A DNA stretch of 64,000 nt from Marsupella aquatica (GCA_973895155.1 OZ316891.1:31813112-31877111); one strand, 5' to 3'. Shown: positions 12,767 to 25,776, counted from the stretch's first letter. The notes: generated by a model not told the origin, from the sequence alone. Translations and numbers: made by a program.

Positions 12767-14155
12767 ACGACAATTGACGCCAAGAACCTGAATCCCGGAC
12801 CTGAGTGTGCCTAAACTTTCAAGTGTGGGATGGCTCAGTGTCAGCTAGTGTAGAGAAACATGACATTCTTTCGTTTAGAAGAGGAAATAGTTAGGGAAAA
12901 AGTTTTAGTGCTATCAGAGTAGCTAGGTTTAGGGCACTTAAGTAAGAAGGGAAGCTTAGTAGAGGTAAGAGGGAATTTAGTTATGCAAAGTTATCTAGGG
13001 GTAAGCAAGTTACTATAGGAGGGGCAGGAAACTAGTCCGTCCTTAGTTATAATAGGCGACTAAGTCGGGACCGAAAAATGACCCGACACCGGACATCTTA
13101 TTTTTGGCTGATATTTCTCCCATGGGTGCTGGGAGGTCCCTAGGGAACCCTGAAAAAGTATGAAGTCAAGTGGGGTCTTAACCTAGGAGTTATAAGTATT
13201 TTGGCAAAAATCAAAGTTACCAAATAGCGGGTCCCGGGAAAAATAGCTGATGGGTAAATGTAGGGGTTCCAAGTTTGGAAGTGGGTTAAGTATGGTCCCC
13301 TCTATCCCTAGAAACTTGTGGGACAACTTTGTCACACTTGGTTACTTTTTGGGAGCATCTCAAAGTTGAGAAGAATTTTGGAAGACATAAAGACTTGACC
13401 CTCTTTGCCTAATTTTAGAAAAGTTGTTATAGGGTTTTGTTTATATCTTAGTAAACCCGGACATAGTCCTATGTCCATAGAATCAGTGGAGCTACTCAGA
13501 AGTCCTTTTGGACTTATGTGTGAGTTTTGGAGGGGGGTCCAAAATCGCCCCAAAATGCTGTTTTTCCAAAAAAAAAATGTATTTTTTTCTAAGTGTAAAC
13601 CGCGTGGGCGACGATCACGCGGCGAGCACGAGGCAAGGAGGAGCGAGCACGAGGCAAGGAGGAGCAAGCACGAGGCTGGTGAGGACGTCAAGCACCGGGA
13701 GGCTGTCCAAAGGTGCTGCATGATTACTTGAGGAATCAATTGAGCACAAGGGCGGCTGAATTGAAGGAAGGGCGGCTGAATTGAAATGGCTGCTGCTGAT
13801 TGAAGAAGCAAGGGCTGTTGCTGATTGAAGAAGCTATGGCTGCTGAGAAGGAAAAGAGCTATGGCTGCAAATTAGGATCGCTGCTGGCTTTGAATTGGGA
13901 AGGCTGCTTGCTGCTATGACAGCTGCACACTAGATTAGAGGTGCTCCTACTAATCAGGCACGAGATGCTCATGAGAATTGGCTGGCTGCTGCCTTGATGC
14001 TGCTGAATTGAATGATGCTGCTGCTAGCTGCGAAATTGCAAAGGTGGGCAGCTACGAAATTGAGAAGAGAGACCTGCTTGACTGAGAAGGAATCAAGCTA
14101 TGGTTGCTGCTGCTGTGCTTCAAATCTGCTGTTGTTGTGCTGTAAATGCGCTGAT

Positions 14156-14260
14156 GTGACTGTGCTGCTAGCTGCGAAATTGACTGTGCTGCTAGCTGCG
14201 AAATTGACTGTGTTGCTAGCGGCAAAATTGAAGAGGTGGGCTAGCTGCGAAATTGACTAG
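14156..14260 (+). repeat. 24-bp tandem repeat (TGACTGTGCTGCTAGCTGCGAAAT) within the LTR
   Basis: Three to four imperfect copies visible. Confidence 0.8.
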
Positions 14261-15396
14261 GCTGGCTGTGAGCTATGGTGGCTGTGAAATTGAGGGGCTG
14301 GCGGCTGATCAGCTGGACTGCTGCACAAGAAAGAATCCAATAGAGAATGCTGTGGTTTTAGATTGAATTCACGAGAGAGAAATGGCTGCAAACATTGCTG
14401 TCCTTACAATTTCTTCATAAGAAACATGAGTATAATGAGAGTGCTCTCCCCTCATGACACGTGGAATCCCCATAAGGGGCATGTAAGGTAAGTGTAATCG
14501 GGCCGCCGCTTACACCCGCTTTACACCAAAAACAGGCCTTGGGAGAATGGGCATAACTTTGGCTAGAGGTATCCGTTGGGGCCCAAATTTTTTTGTGCTG
14601 AGTTAGGGGAAGATAAGGCACCCCCTGGTGAAGGTGGAACCCCAGAAAAGTAATCACTCAAATATATTTTTAACCGAGGCCACGAGGGAGTCCCGACAAC
14701 TTGCAAACCAAAGTCGGCATAGGGGAATGAATACCAGATTTAGGGGCTGACCTTTCTTGCACCCATACCACTTGAGTTAGGCTCTAGAGAAGGGTACTTA
14801 CCTTTGGCCAAAGGTGTAAGGCCATCAAGTTAAGAAAAGTAAATATAGGGGGTAGTTTACTTAGGGTAGTAAAGGGGTTACAAGTAAAATAAGGCCAACT
14901 TTGACTAGGCACAACTTGAGACTCACTCACTCTTTTTGCGAGCTTTCAAGTGGGTTGGTAAGCTGGTGAGGAGGACCATAAGTGGGAGTAGGTTTGGAAG
15001 TCAAAGCATACCACTCATGTGTGGCATATTCCAGGGCTTGGAAGGAGGCAAAATAGCAAGTAGTAGGGTGGGCTATGAACTATAGAGTTGGACTTTGTGT
15101 GTTAGGAGGACTTGGGGGAGGTATAGTTGGACCCCAGGTCAAGCTTGGTGTGATGTGGAAGGAGATAGTATATAAGGAGGAAGTTTTCATTTGTTAGGGA
15201 CCGGGAGTCTCATCTCTTAAGTGAAATCTCTACCTTGCCAAGGTAGGGCTAAGCTTGAGAAAGGAGAGGTGGTCCATGCTTAGTGTGGAGAATGTGTAGT
15301 GAACTTTTGTTGTAAAGGTGATGCAATAAAAGGAGACTTACCAATCTTCATTGTGACCATTAAGTGTGAGTGCATTTGAAGTATATGAGAGCAAGA

Positions 15397-15720
15397 GAAG
15401 AGTCCATGCTATGGTATAATCTTGGTCTAAGCTTGAAGGGGATGTGCTAGTACAAAACCAAGGCCAAGGAGGCAAGGTTAAGGTATAGCATTACTTTGAG
15501 ACTTAGAGAGGATTATAGCTTGAGGGTGGAAAGTACTTTGCTTGGTGTGTGGTGTTAACAAGAAGTAAGAACAAGAGGAAGAGTCCTTAGATAGAGGAGC
15601 CTTCTCTAGGGCTCAAAGGGGATGTGTGGACCCAAACCAAGGCCAGGGGGGCAAGGTTGAGGGGTAACACTACTTTGAGGGTCTTGAGGAGACTTAAGCT
15701 TGAAGAGGAAAGTACTTTGG
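15397..15720 (+). repeat. ~180-bp imperfect tandem duplication within the LTR
   Basis: GAAGAGTCC...GGGGATGTG...AAACCAAGGCCA...GGCAAGGTT...TACTTTGAG...GGAAAGTACTTTG occurs twice. Confidence 0.75.
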
Positions 15721-16016
15721 GTTCTTGGGTGTTTGTGTGAGAATCTACTCTAAGGTGACAGCTTGGAGCGGAGATCCCCCTTGCTGATCCTTGGAGTAGA
15801 GGAGAGGGGAAGGGGTGAGTACAAAAGTAGTCAAGGGGACTACCTCTCTAGAAGTGGAGAGTTGAAACTACTTATGTATGGAGTGATTGGACATTGTAAG
15901 CACACTTCAGAAGTTTTGTCAATCCTTTGTGACCCTGGTATGACATGGAGCAGGTATTAGGTAGTCTTTTGGGGAGAAAAGCCGCTTAAGCTCCTTGGCA
16001 AGTGTTTGACATCAAG

Positions 16017-18230
16017 ACAACTCACACTTTCCGGGCAGCCCTTGCACTTCACCTGCGGAGAAGACAAACAAATCCATTCAATAAAAGAAATGAGACTCGG
16101 AATGACACTACAGGACTGCATTGGCAATTACAAAGCAGATGACAATAGTCGCAAATCATATCATACAATAGCTGAGAAGGAGAAACAATTAATATGCAAA
16201 ATGATGTGTCACCTTAGAGTGATGTAACCCCGCGTCCAAATACGATACTAGTAGACAAGCGTTGAGCCCCGGCCTCGGCCCACCTCCAAACCTGTAAAAC
16301 AAAACGAATGATAGGTCAAGCTAACTGCAGGAGCCATAATTCCCGAAACTTCAGTACATCAAATTCAATGATCACCAACTGCTTGGAAAGCCCAAGCACA
16401 TATAGAGTTTTAAAGCTAAGCTTTACCAAATGTAGTAGCAAGCTAAAGCTAAAATTTCTTTACGCGAGAGCTTTCACCTAGGTGCGAACAACTTGACCTT
16501 ACAAAGCATAAATTAACACAGCTGACACTGATGCGCGGAGCTCCAACAAAATGCTTCAACCCATGAAGGTAGTTAAATCAAAAGACGCATCAAAGCCCCA
16601 ATCAAAGCAAGCGTTCACAGAGACAGAGTGGAGGAGGACAGAGCAGAACGAGAGGTACCGCTCCGCCACGACATTACAACAAGAAAAACAGCACATGGGT
16701 TGTGTCCCGACTAAACTACTAGACTTTGGAGCTTTCCACTCTCTGCTCTGCTCTAATCTGCTCTGCTCCCACACTCTGTTTCAGACTGGAGGGCGCGATA
16801 GGAACTTCACCAGAAACCAGTCAGCATTTTGGAAATCTAGATCAACTCACTATGATTTGTTGGCGCTGATTGACACACCCTCAGCCCCTCAGAGTATTCT
16901 CTGCCGCTGTTTGGGTCCCTGCTATAAGCGCAGCTCCAATCCCGACGCGTGCTATTAAACTGCAAAAAGACATGTGGGATCCTGTCATTGAAGAATAAGG
17001 CAAATAACACAAGGTATTCATCCGAAGACCTAGTACAGATTTCAAGAAGTTAAGCATACTCACCAACACTTAAAAGCTGACCGACTGCTTTCCCCACTGC
17101 TTTCTCCCCAATTGTTGTTCTGCTAGTGTAACAAGCCTAGCAAATGTCTGCCTAGCTTTGCGCTTCACCTGTAGAGAAGAGACAAGAATGAACATCAATT
17201 AAAACAAAGCCCCGAACAAAGCCATCCCATAAGAATGACTCGACCGGAAATATTACAAAATTGCAATGGTAGAAGCATGTGGCTAATATGAAATGCCTTC
17301 CTTTAGCATACGTGAACTACTTTAGCCAAGAAAAGGATGTTCACTCAGTCTGCAATCTTGGGGCAGTAATGAGGCTGAGAGACACGGACGTATACAAAAA
17401 TGGAATTGGCGTTGAAGAGCCAGGCGCACATTCTATCTATTTACAGAGCAGAATAGACTTGGACTATCCAACATTTAAACGATAGGAGTGGGCAACAATA
17501 CACTATATGGAAGTAACTTGCATCCGCAACTTACAGAAAACCCCCGGGAAAACCTTCACTACATTGTTACCTTGATCCGATCAGAAGACTCTTGCCCCCG
17601 CTCTTGCCACAATCGATTGGAAGCTTGAAGGTAGAAGGCGCCAACCCCTTCTTCTTTAAACCCCCGGGAAAGGCCCTGCAAATTCAGATGCTTTAGAACA
17701 AATAGGCAACCACAAAATGAAGTGACTAAACCAGTAAAACCAAATCCCAGGCTACGATGACCAATTTAAACACATGCATGAAGGAAAATGCTTTAGACAT
17801 AGGTTTTGTAGCATGCGGGAACAAGCAGAGCGCGGGGCAAAGCGATAGAAAGTGTCACAAACACGGGCACAAACACAAACCAACACAAATTGCCACAAAC
17901 GCAAACTTAATGTCCCTTCTTGCCGCGGACCATGCCCGAGACCGTGTAACCGTAGCCCTAATTTGCTGTGGGATTCCTGTCGGTGCCGGGCCGGTGTTCA
18001 CTATAGTCACCACCAACCTACAAAACAAAAAGCGACATAAGTCTCCGCCTAAAAAGCCAGCAACAGAAAAGCACAGTCCAAAATGTTCAAGACAAGAGGC
18101 CGGGCGAGAGGCAGCCCCGGGGCAGCAACAACAAAATGCACTTGTGCCTCAGCTCAAATCACTGGCACAATCTCTCGCCCATGGTTTCGTCGGGGGTTTC
18201 GCTCATTCGGGCGCTCATTCCAAACAGTAG
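16017..18230 (-). other. Multi-exon cargo transcript region of the P-like element; product not resolved
   Basis: Several minus-strand polypyrimidine-AG acceptors (near 16055, 16293, 17170, 17678, 18019) and no long ORF. Confidence 0.35.
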
Positions 18231-21200
18231 GAAGCAGGATTGGTACCGTTTACGGGACCGTTTATAAAAATAACCTCAAGAATGACCTTCGACCAGTTGA
18301 CCCGCCAGTTGATCCCACTGCCCGTTCCCCGAGCTTCCATCGGTCCCGAGATTGGTGAGCAAAACCGGGGTCCAACTTGGCCAAGGTCAAATGCAGCCCG
18401 CAACCCCGTCTGCAATGCCCGCTACAATGGCCAAGGTCAAAACGGGGGTCAAAATGCAGCCTCAGCTCCCCCCGCAGCTCCCCGCCCAGCTCCCCCGCCA
18501 GCTCCCCGCCCAACTCGCAATCAGCTTACAAAATTACTTGATCACGAAATGGACATGGGAATCATGACAGGAATGCAAGCCCGAATGCAAGAGAGTCCCG
18601 GAAGAGAGTGAGAGTGAGTGCACAGACCGGGGCACAGACACGTTCACAAAGCCCGGGACAAAGCCCCAGAGAAATCCCGAGAGTTCAAACGAAAGCGGGA
18701 CCGAACGTCAAACACTTTCGCCCAAACTCCAACTCAAGATCACGCAAGATGCGGAGCGAGATGACAAAGAAACGAGTGAAGAAACTGCAGTGCAGGAGGG
18801 AGAAACTGGCAAAAAAGTCCAAAAGTCCGAAAGCCCAAAAGTGTGGCCCCGACTCGGACCTCTCCGGAGACCCCTCCTCCCGCCCCTCCTGTCCCACCCT
18901 CTCACACCGTCTCCCCAAGCCCCACCACCCCGAGTGTCCTTTATTCTCCTGGCCATCCGATCTAGGGCATCCTACATCGAACGGCTCCTACAAAGTAGGA
19001 GGGGCAAAGGGGGGAACACGACACCCCGCACGACACTTTGACCACCCTTCCCCCCAAAACCAGTAAACCCTAAGCCACTGGTCAGGTGACACGTGGTCCA
19101 ATGAGAAAGTGACGCGTGTCATTGCATATTAAAATGGCCCTTCAATTGATTAACTTTGGGACACCTTTAAAAAAACCCTTCACCTATTCTAATTTGTTGC
19201 GATGATATATAAGGACCTTGTTTGTTCTAATGGTGTTATAATATTATTTGCAAAATCGATATTTAATACCCATCGGACGTTTGCACGTGTGTTTCGTTAT
19301 TTTGTAAGCTGAGGGCCCAGGGCTTGCTACTCGATGCTGAGAGCTTGGTGCCACTCAGGAGCTCGTTGCTGATTTTACAAAGCTCAATGTTGCTGTGCTG
19401 CTAAATACTGGATAGGAGCAGCTTGATGCTGCTTCAATACAAGATGGTTGTTGCTACCTGATGTTGGGAGGTGAAGCTATAGAGTGTTGCACTGCTGGTT
19501 AATGTTAGGCTGCTGTTTGGAGAAGACGCTGCTGCTTCAATATATTGATGCCACTTGTCCAATGTTGATTTGTGTGTGGAATGGAAGCCATCGATGCTTC
19601 AATGTGAGCTGCCGAAGGAGGAAGCTATGGAAAATTGTTATGCTCAATGGAAAATTGTTGCAGCTATGGTGATTGAGCTATATATGTTGCTGAGCTATGG
19701 AGAAGTGATGCTAAAGCAAGTTTGGTTGGAGCTTGAAAAGGAGAAGAAAAAAACGATGAAGAGAGTGCTGCCTCGCGCAGCATGGCGCCACTGATTGCTA
19801 CCTCGCGCAACGTGGCACCGCTGATCGCTACTTCGCATAGCTGCTTTGTTTCTGGCTGCATGTTGCTACAAAATGTTGTAGGCGAGAGAGAAGACGACGA
19901 CCAGTTTTGAACTCATAACCTGCTGCATGATAGGGAACTCAAATGTGCTACCAAGGGAGCCATCAAGGCTATTTGTTTAAGAAGCCCATAACAACATTAC
20001 TTAAAGCTTGTGACAGCATCCTGACAGGCTTGTTTGGAGGACTTTGAGGCTGATTCCAAGCCGGGTGAGGGACCAGGGAAAGTAAGGGAGGACCTAGAAA
20101 GGTTTTATGAACTTCATGGAGGCCCGAGAGACCATTTTTAATTCAAGTGGAATGTGTTAAGGAGTTTTTGTGCAGGCCTTAAAAGTGGAAGTCCTTTATA
20201 ATAAGATGTTAGGCTATTATGAAGCCCGACACCTAGTGGACACTGTTGGCAGATGAGAATTACTTAGAGTATCGCTGGTTGGCGGGTTAGAAGTCATTTA
20301 TTCTCGTTTACAAGCGACTATAAACTCAGTTGTACTACCGACGGTCTATCAGGGTTTATTTCAGCAGAAGAACTCTCCGATTAAGTCTAAAACTGTGGAA
20401 ATGACAACCTGTACTTCTGTGGTAACCCGAGTCTCAGTGGCAAAACCCGAGACTCAGTGGTAACTCAGAACTCGGCGGCGTACTGACACTCAGTTGAAGA
20501 CCGAACTTAGAGTTTTTTGTGAGAAATTCTGTTTTATGGATAGTTTGTAACTCGGTTGATTGTAAGAGTTACCAAGGAGGTACCCTGGTTACTCGTGTCA
20601 CCGAGAGATTGCCAATATTTGTGTCCAGTGTGAAAACCAGAGTACTGGTTGTAGTTAAGTTGACCTGCGGTAATATAGAAACTTAACCCGGGTTAAGGTT
20701 TAGCGGAAAGTAGTTACGCTTGGGTTAAGTTCCAAGGTGACCACTTACCTGAGTAGCACCCTAGGCTTGGTTTGGTTTGGGTTGGTTTGGAGCCCTGGGG
20801 TGTTGAATAAAGAGGAGAGCCAGAGGGCTACCTCCGCATTTGTTCACTTGTACACTCTCTTGTAGGCTGAGAGCTTGGGGGTTGTGCTCTCAATTGGAGG
20901 GCAGCAACATAGGCTCAAGGCACTAAGGAGATTGGATAGAGAATTTGTCCACTAGGTAGGCAGCAAGGGGGAGAGTCAAGGGAGGATTTCCTATAATAAA
21001 GGCTCATGTGTAAGCCTTAGCCTTGAAACTACTATCCAATGAGAATGTGAGTCCAGTGAGCATGTCTGCAGACTCGGGTGTGACTCAACACTAGAGGGGT
21101 GAAGCTCAAAGCTTGTAGATGAGAGAGGACCCAAACACTTGTCTAGTTGCAATAGAAAGTGGCGGTCAAGGAAACGTTGGCAAGGGAAGTTGAGGTAACT

Positions 21201-21496
21201 CTTGGGTAACAGTCACATTGTGAGTCAGTGGGGACAGCTTGTGGGTGTGCACTTGCCATGTTGTGATTGGGAGTGGGGGTGTGTGAGTGTTTCCCAACGG
21301 GGGAGCAGGGGAGTGATAGCCACCCTTCGAGGTTATCTTTCTAGCGATGGAAATAAAAACTACCTAGTTGGGTGTGTGAGTGATAAAATAGAGTGTTAGA
21401 GAGAAAGGAGACCTCATGTCCTGCTATTTGCCCGTCCTAGAAACCCTAACAACGATAAGAAGGGGCATAAGTGGCAAAAATAGCTCTAGTGGAGAG

Positions 21497-23110
21497 TCAA
21501 GCCCCATTGCAAGGTATTGACAGTTGATACACCATAAGGTATGCCTGAGTTGGCGTTGGTGGTCCGTCACATCTAAATACGGGGTCCTTCCCCTTCAAGA
21601 ATTCAACATCTTTTAATAGATTGTACATTTGCATGGAGCCTGCTGTCCCCACCCGGCTGAATAGCTTCCACATAATCATACCTTTACACTTCATTTCTCC
21701 ATTAAGATCCATGTCCACCTTGCCTGCTTGTCCAGACTGATCCACTACTTCCATTAAGGAACGTGCAAAACAGTACCACCTAAAGTAGCGGGGATCTCTA
21801 AGGGATTGCCCAAAAGGATACTATTGGGGAAGGGCATTTAACCATCATCTAAGTTGAGCCAGAAGGGTTCACTTGATGGTGGGTCGTCTTTATGCTGGGG
21901 CCCAGCCGTATTCTAACCAGGGATTGTGTTGCCATGTTGAGTGGTACACAGCGACGGATGGGGTTGGTCTCTAGTTGTAGACCAAATCCATCCTCATGTA
22001 CAAAGCTCCCGGAAGAACTGATGTGGCGTCCAGAAGACTGCAGGTTTGAAATAATTCCCTAATCTGTAATTATGTACAAGTCTCTTTTCTGACCATCTAT
22101 TTAATTACATTCTCCGTAGGAGTTACCCTCTCCCAAAATGAAGTTTTCTCCCAAATGCCTGAGAGTAAGTCAGCCAGATTAAAGGGGAACTTGTTGGTTT
22201 GGATAGTATCCCCTGCACAGACCACTGCGGCCGGATCCTTTCCTAATGAATAAAAGTGCGTCATAGCAATGTGATTGAATTGGGGTAAGACTGGAAGATC
22301 TACAAAACTCATCAACTCATTGGATACTACAAGGTGAGAGGTGAGTAGAGGTTGAAGATCACGCGCATATCGTTCCTCACGGTATCGTGCCATCATGCTG
22401 TCCAGAGGAAGGTGACCAGACGTGGAAGGGTATATTTCCTGTAGTTGAATCGTATTTCTCTTGCTGCCCATGACTCCGTAATCACCTTCACTAAATCAAA
22501 CACTTTCCTATGGATTCCTAAACAATAAACCAATTGGCCCTCCCTCCTAACCTAAAGTACAAGTCTTCGGGTTGGGTCACGAAGCCTATGGCTCCCGACC
22601 ACTGGAAGAAAGGTAGCATAAACCTGATTCACACCGGGATGTCATACCGTATCCTCTCACAATCGTCCGAACAAATGGCCCTCTTGTTGATCTCTGCTTC
22701 AGCTAAAATAATACAAAGGGTTTCTAAGCCCATAGCTTCGTTGACCTCAATAGCATTCTGAGATGCTATCTTTTGTCCCGTGAATATCTTCCACGAGTTC
22801 ACGCTCACCTTCTTGAGTTGTTCCAGCTTCCTCTTGTGCACCGGATCCGCTAGTGCCTTCTTCAATAATTTAGCTCCCATGGCAGCTTCATCTCTTAAGC
22901 TCTACACTTCCACATCCCAAGCCTTGTAGGTGTCCTTCGGAATCTGAACCACCTTACTGCATTACTGGATGAGCTCCTTACTGGCTACATCCTACAGCCA
23001 TTTCTTCCTCTCCCTCTCTCTTCTTTCTTCATCTTCTTCTAATGCAGCAATGTATGCCTGCTTCTCCTCCAATTGCCTCTGTAACTTGTGGTTGGTTTTC
23101 TCACTTTCGG
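21497..23110 (-). pseudogene. Degenerate unidentified coding region
   Basis: Protein-like ORF pieces (22629-22880, 22097-22471, 21497-21754) separated by stops; charged coiled-coil-like start. Confidence 0.4.
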
Positions 23111-23399
23111 GAGAGGCGCCGATTAGAATCAATCCTCTTCTCTTCTCAGAGAAAATTGATTACAACAAGACTGTGCATGGCCACCATCCAACCATCCAAT
23201 ATCAAACAAAAATTCAGCTCGAAGTTTCTAAGGTTTCCCTCCCTGATCAACAAGGGAATTAGCCATTGTGTTGGATTCGGCCAATGTGCAAGATATTGAA
23301 AGGTTTTGGAAAAATTTGAAGTAGCAGCATGAATGAAGGAGCACCATGGATGAAGCATCAACATGGATCTCATGATGTTGGTCAACAACTTGCCATACT

Positions 23400-24654
23400 A
23401 GTCCTCCATAGCTTGCAACCAACAACTCAATTCGTAACTCTTCTGGTCAATTTTGCAGCTATCCATAGCTTCTTCAATTCATAGCTCACAGATTGATTTG
23501 AGAGCCAACACTTCTTCTAATTGTTGCATTGATCTTGAATTCTACAGCTGCGCGCGCCCTCAATTAGCAGGCTGGCTACAGCAGCACCTCGTGTAGCCAG
23601 CCATAGCTCCATTCTCCAGTAGCCAGCCCTCTATTCAATCAGCCAGCCCTTCTAATTTGTAGCCCAATAGCAGCCATACAACAGCTTCGAATCACAATAG
23701 CCATAGCTCAATCTGAGCTTGCCCTTCAACTTCAATCATTGTTGGTCTATTACCTTCATAGCATCTCTCGTGTCCTAATCAGCCAGCCAACATCGTAGCC
23801 CACCATAGCTTCAATTTTCCACTCAGCCATGAAGCATCACGTACTTATTGCCTGCCTCGTCGTCGTTCGTCATAGCCGCGTCGACCGTTTCACACTTAGA
23901 AAAAATTTCCGGATTTGGAAAAAACAGCATTCCCTGGCTGTTTTGGACTGCCCCAAAAAATCACCTATGAGTCCAAAATGACTTTTGAGTAGATTCACAT
24001 GTTCTCTGGACATAGGGATATGTCCTGGTTTACTAAGATCTAAACAAAACCCTATAATCAATTTTCTATAACTAGGTAAAGAGGGTTAATTCTTATGATT
24101 TCCAAAATTCTTCTCAACTTTGAGATGCTCCCAAAAAGTAACCAAAGGTAACCAAGTTCTCCCACAAGTTTTCAGGGATAGAAGGGACACTAGTAAACTT
24201 ATATTTTTTGATGAGAAGGGAAGTAAACTTATATTTTTACTTAGACCATAACATTTTTCCCATTAATTAGCTATTTTTCCCGGTACCCGCTATTTTCTTC
24301 ATTGAAGTCCCACCAAAACACAAGGAAACCCTAAGTTGTGACCCCACTTGACGTCATACTTCACAGGGGTGCTCTAAGGACCTATGGGAAAATTCTTTAA
24401 CCAAAACTAAGACTTCAAGTGTTGGGTCATTTTCCGGTCCTATTTAGTTGTCTATTCTTACTAAGGACGTAACATTTGCTACCCTACCATAAAGACCTCA
24501 CTTATCTCTTGACACTTTCTTAGAATAACATATCTTCTCCATTGCATTATTTTCTACTAGCCTTCCCTAGCTACTTAGGGTTGCAAACCCTAAATACTTT
24601 GCTAACACTAAAATGACAAGTTTCTTACATAAACCTATATCGAGCCATTACACA
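23400..24654 (-). mobile_element. Truncated LTR related to the 12824-16011 solo LTR, opposite orientation
   Basis: Reverse complement of ~23870-24470 aligns with ~13035-13620 (e.g. GGTTACTTTTTGGGAGCATCTCAAAGTTGAGAAGAATTTTGGAA). Starts TGTGTAATGGCTC versus TGTGGGATGGCTC. Confidence 0.8.
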
Positions 24655-24949
24655 ATTCTTCTGCCACTAGTCTGAATTGACTACTTGCAGCCTGATGTAT
24701 ACTCATAACTCGGCCAGGGGTTGTACCATAAAAATTTCTGGTTAGGAACCAAACAACAGCTGTTCGTTAAGTGTTTGTAATACCCTGAAAGGGTTTAGCA
24801 TTTTAATGATTACTTTACTACGAGCAACAAAATTTAGGGGGTCGTACACACATAAAGAATATATCCTGAAGTGTAATTATTTATTTCATTATTTATTTAA
24901 GAAAAAATAAATTCCAAGAAATCGTGACAGACAATATTCAAATAAGAGG

Positions 24950-25776
24950 AACTTCAAGGAAGAGGGAGAAAGACCTCCCCTTACTTGCTATTATTGTGGG
25001 AAGCCTGGACATATAAGGGGGGGTAAGTGTGAACTATGGGTGCAACATAATAAAGAAAGAACCTAAGCACAAACTAAAGCACCGGTTAATCATGTAAGAA
25101 TTCAGACAATGGATGTGAATATAGTGACTAGGTCACAACAGGTAGAGCCACCAATCGTGTTAGCTCTACCGTCCACGAGTGGAGTACTGAGTACCAGTTG
25201 GGAACAATTGGACGCTACGATGCGAGACACAGTAGAACAAATCTGACAACATCAACAAAGTGAATTGCTGCCAAGACCAGAAAGATTAATGGGTTTGGAT
25301 GATAGAATAGAAGATGGAGCTGAAATTTTAGAGTCTGATAAGAGTTTTAAAGAAGAAATCAGAGAGTCCTTTACACATGAGGTCCTCATAAGTGATGAAT
25401 CATTAAGGGAAGAACCATTGAGAATGTAACAAATCAGAGAAAAAAGCGAGCAAGAGATAATAAAGAAATTGGTAGAGGTTATTTCAAAGGCTAAAGTGGA
25501 ATTAACTGTTGAAGAATTGTTATGTCTCCACAATGCAGAGAAGTAGTGTTCAAGAAAATGAGTGAGGGAGCACAAGAGACAGCACTACCAAATACGAGTG
25601 AGGTAAGGGAAAGGACAACTATAACAAGAAATGAAGAAGATAATCAGCAGGAATTACCACTGTTGGAAACGACAATATTAGCTGATAAGGGAGCAATGAT
25701 ACAGTTAAATATAAAAGTAACCAAGATTAAGAATGTATTATTGGATTCTAGTTCAGCAGTTAATTTAATGAGCTAA
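24950..25776 (+). pseudogene. Degenerate Gypsy gag-protease fragment
   Basis: KVELTVEELL and KNVLLDSSSAVNLMS resemble RVDLTIEELF and KNVLLDGGSAVNLMS in 51552-54341. Confidence 0.7.

Larger units (their letters stand above)
12824..16011 (+). mobile_element. Solo LTR, 3,188 bp, inserted in the P-like element
   Basis: TG...CA ends, 5-bp TSD TCAAG (12819-12823 and 16012-16016), TATA-like motif near 15170, AATAAA near 15325, no PBS or pol. Confidence 0.85.
3196..19322 (-). mobile_element. Giant P-element-like DNA transposon with cargo genes
   Basis: Perfect 13-bp TIR: CCCTGGGCCCTCA (3196-3208) and TGAGGGCCCAGGG (19310-19322). Identical 8-bp flanks CTTGCTAC (3188-3195, 19323-19330). Encloses a P-like transposase. 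Confidence 0.88.
2267..21451 (+). mobile_element. Old LTR-like sequence (2267-3195 plus 19323-~21451) split by the P-like transposon
   Basis: Starts TGTCGGATGCC, resembling the start TGTGGGATGGC of the solo LTR at 12824. The same GCTG/GAGCT low-complexity tract runs on both sides of the CTTGCTAC TSD. Right end is tentative and no TSD was found. Confidence 0.45.

Noticed and set aside
17757-19066. Overlapping plus-strand ORFs
   Set aside because: Low-complexity GC-rich DNA with no coding motifs; splice signals point to the minus strand.
3196-19322. hAT assignment based on the 8-bp TSD
   Set aside because: No hAT motifs (CxxH, TRW, SxxxER dimerisation domain); motif order fits P-type transposases better.
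13035-24470. ~600-bp inverted repeat as the TIRs of an 11-kb element
   Set aside because: The left copy is internal to a TSD-bounded solo LTR; these are two separate LTR-family insertions.
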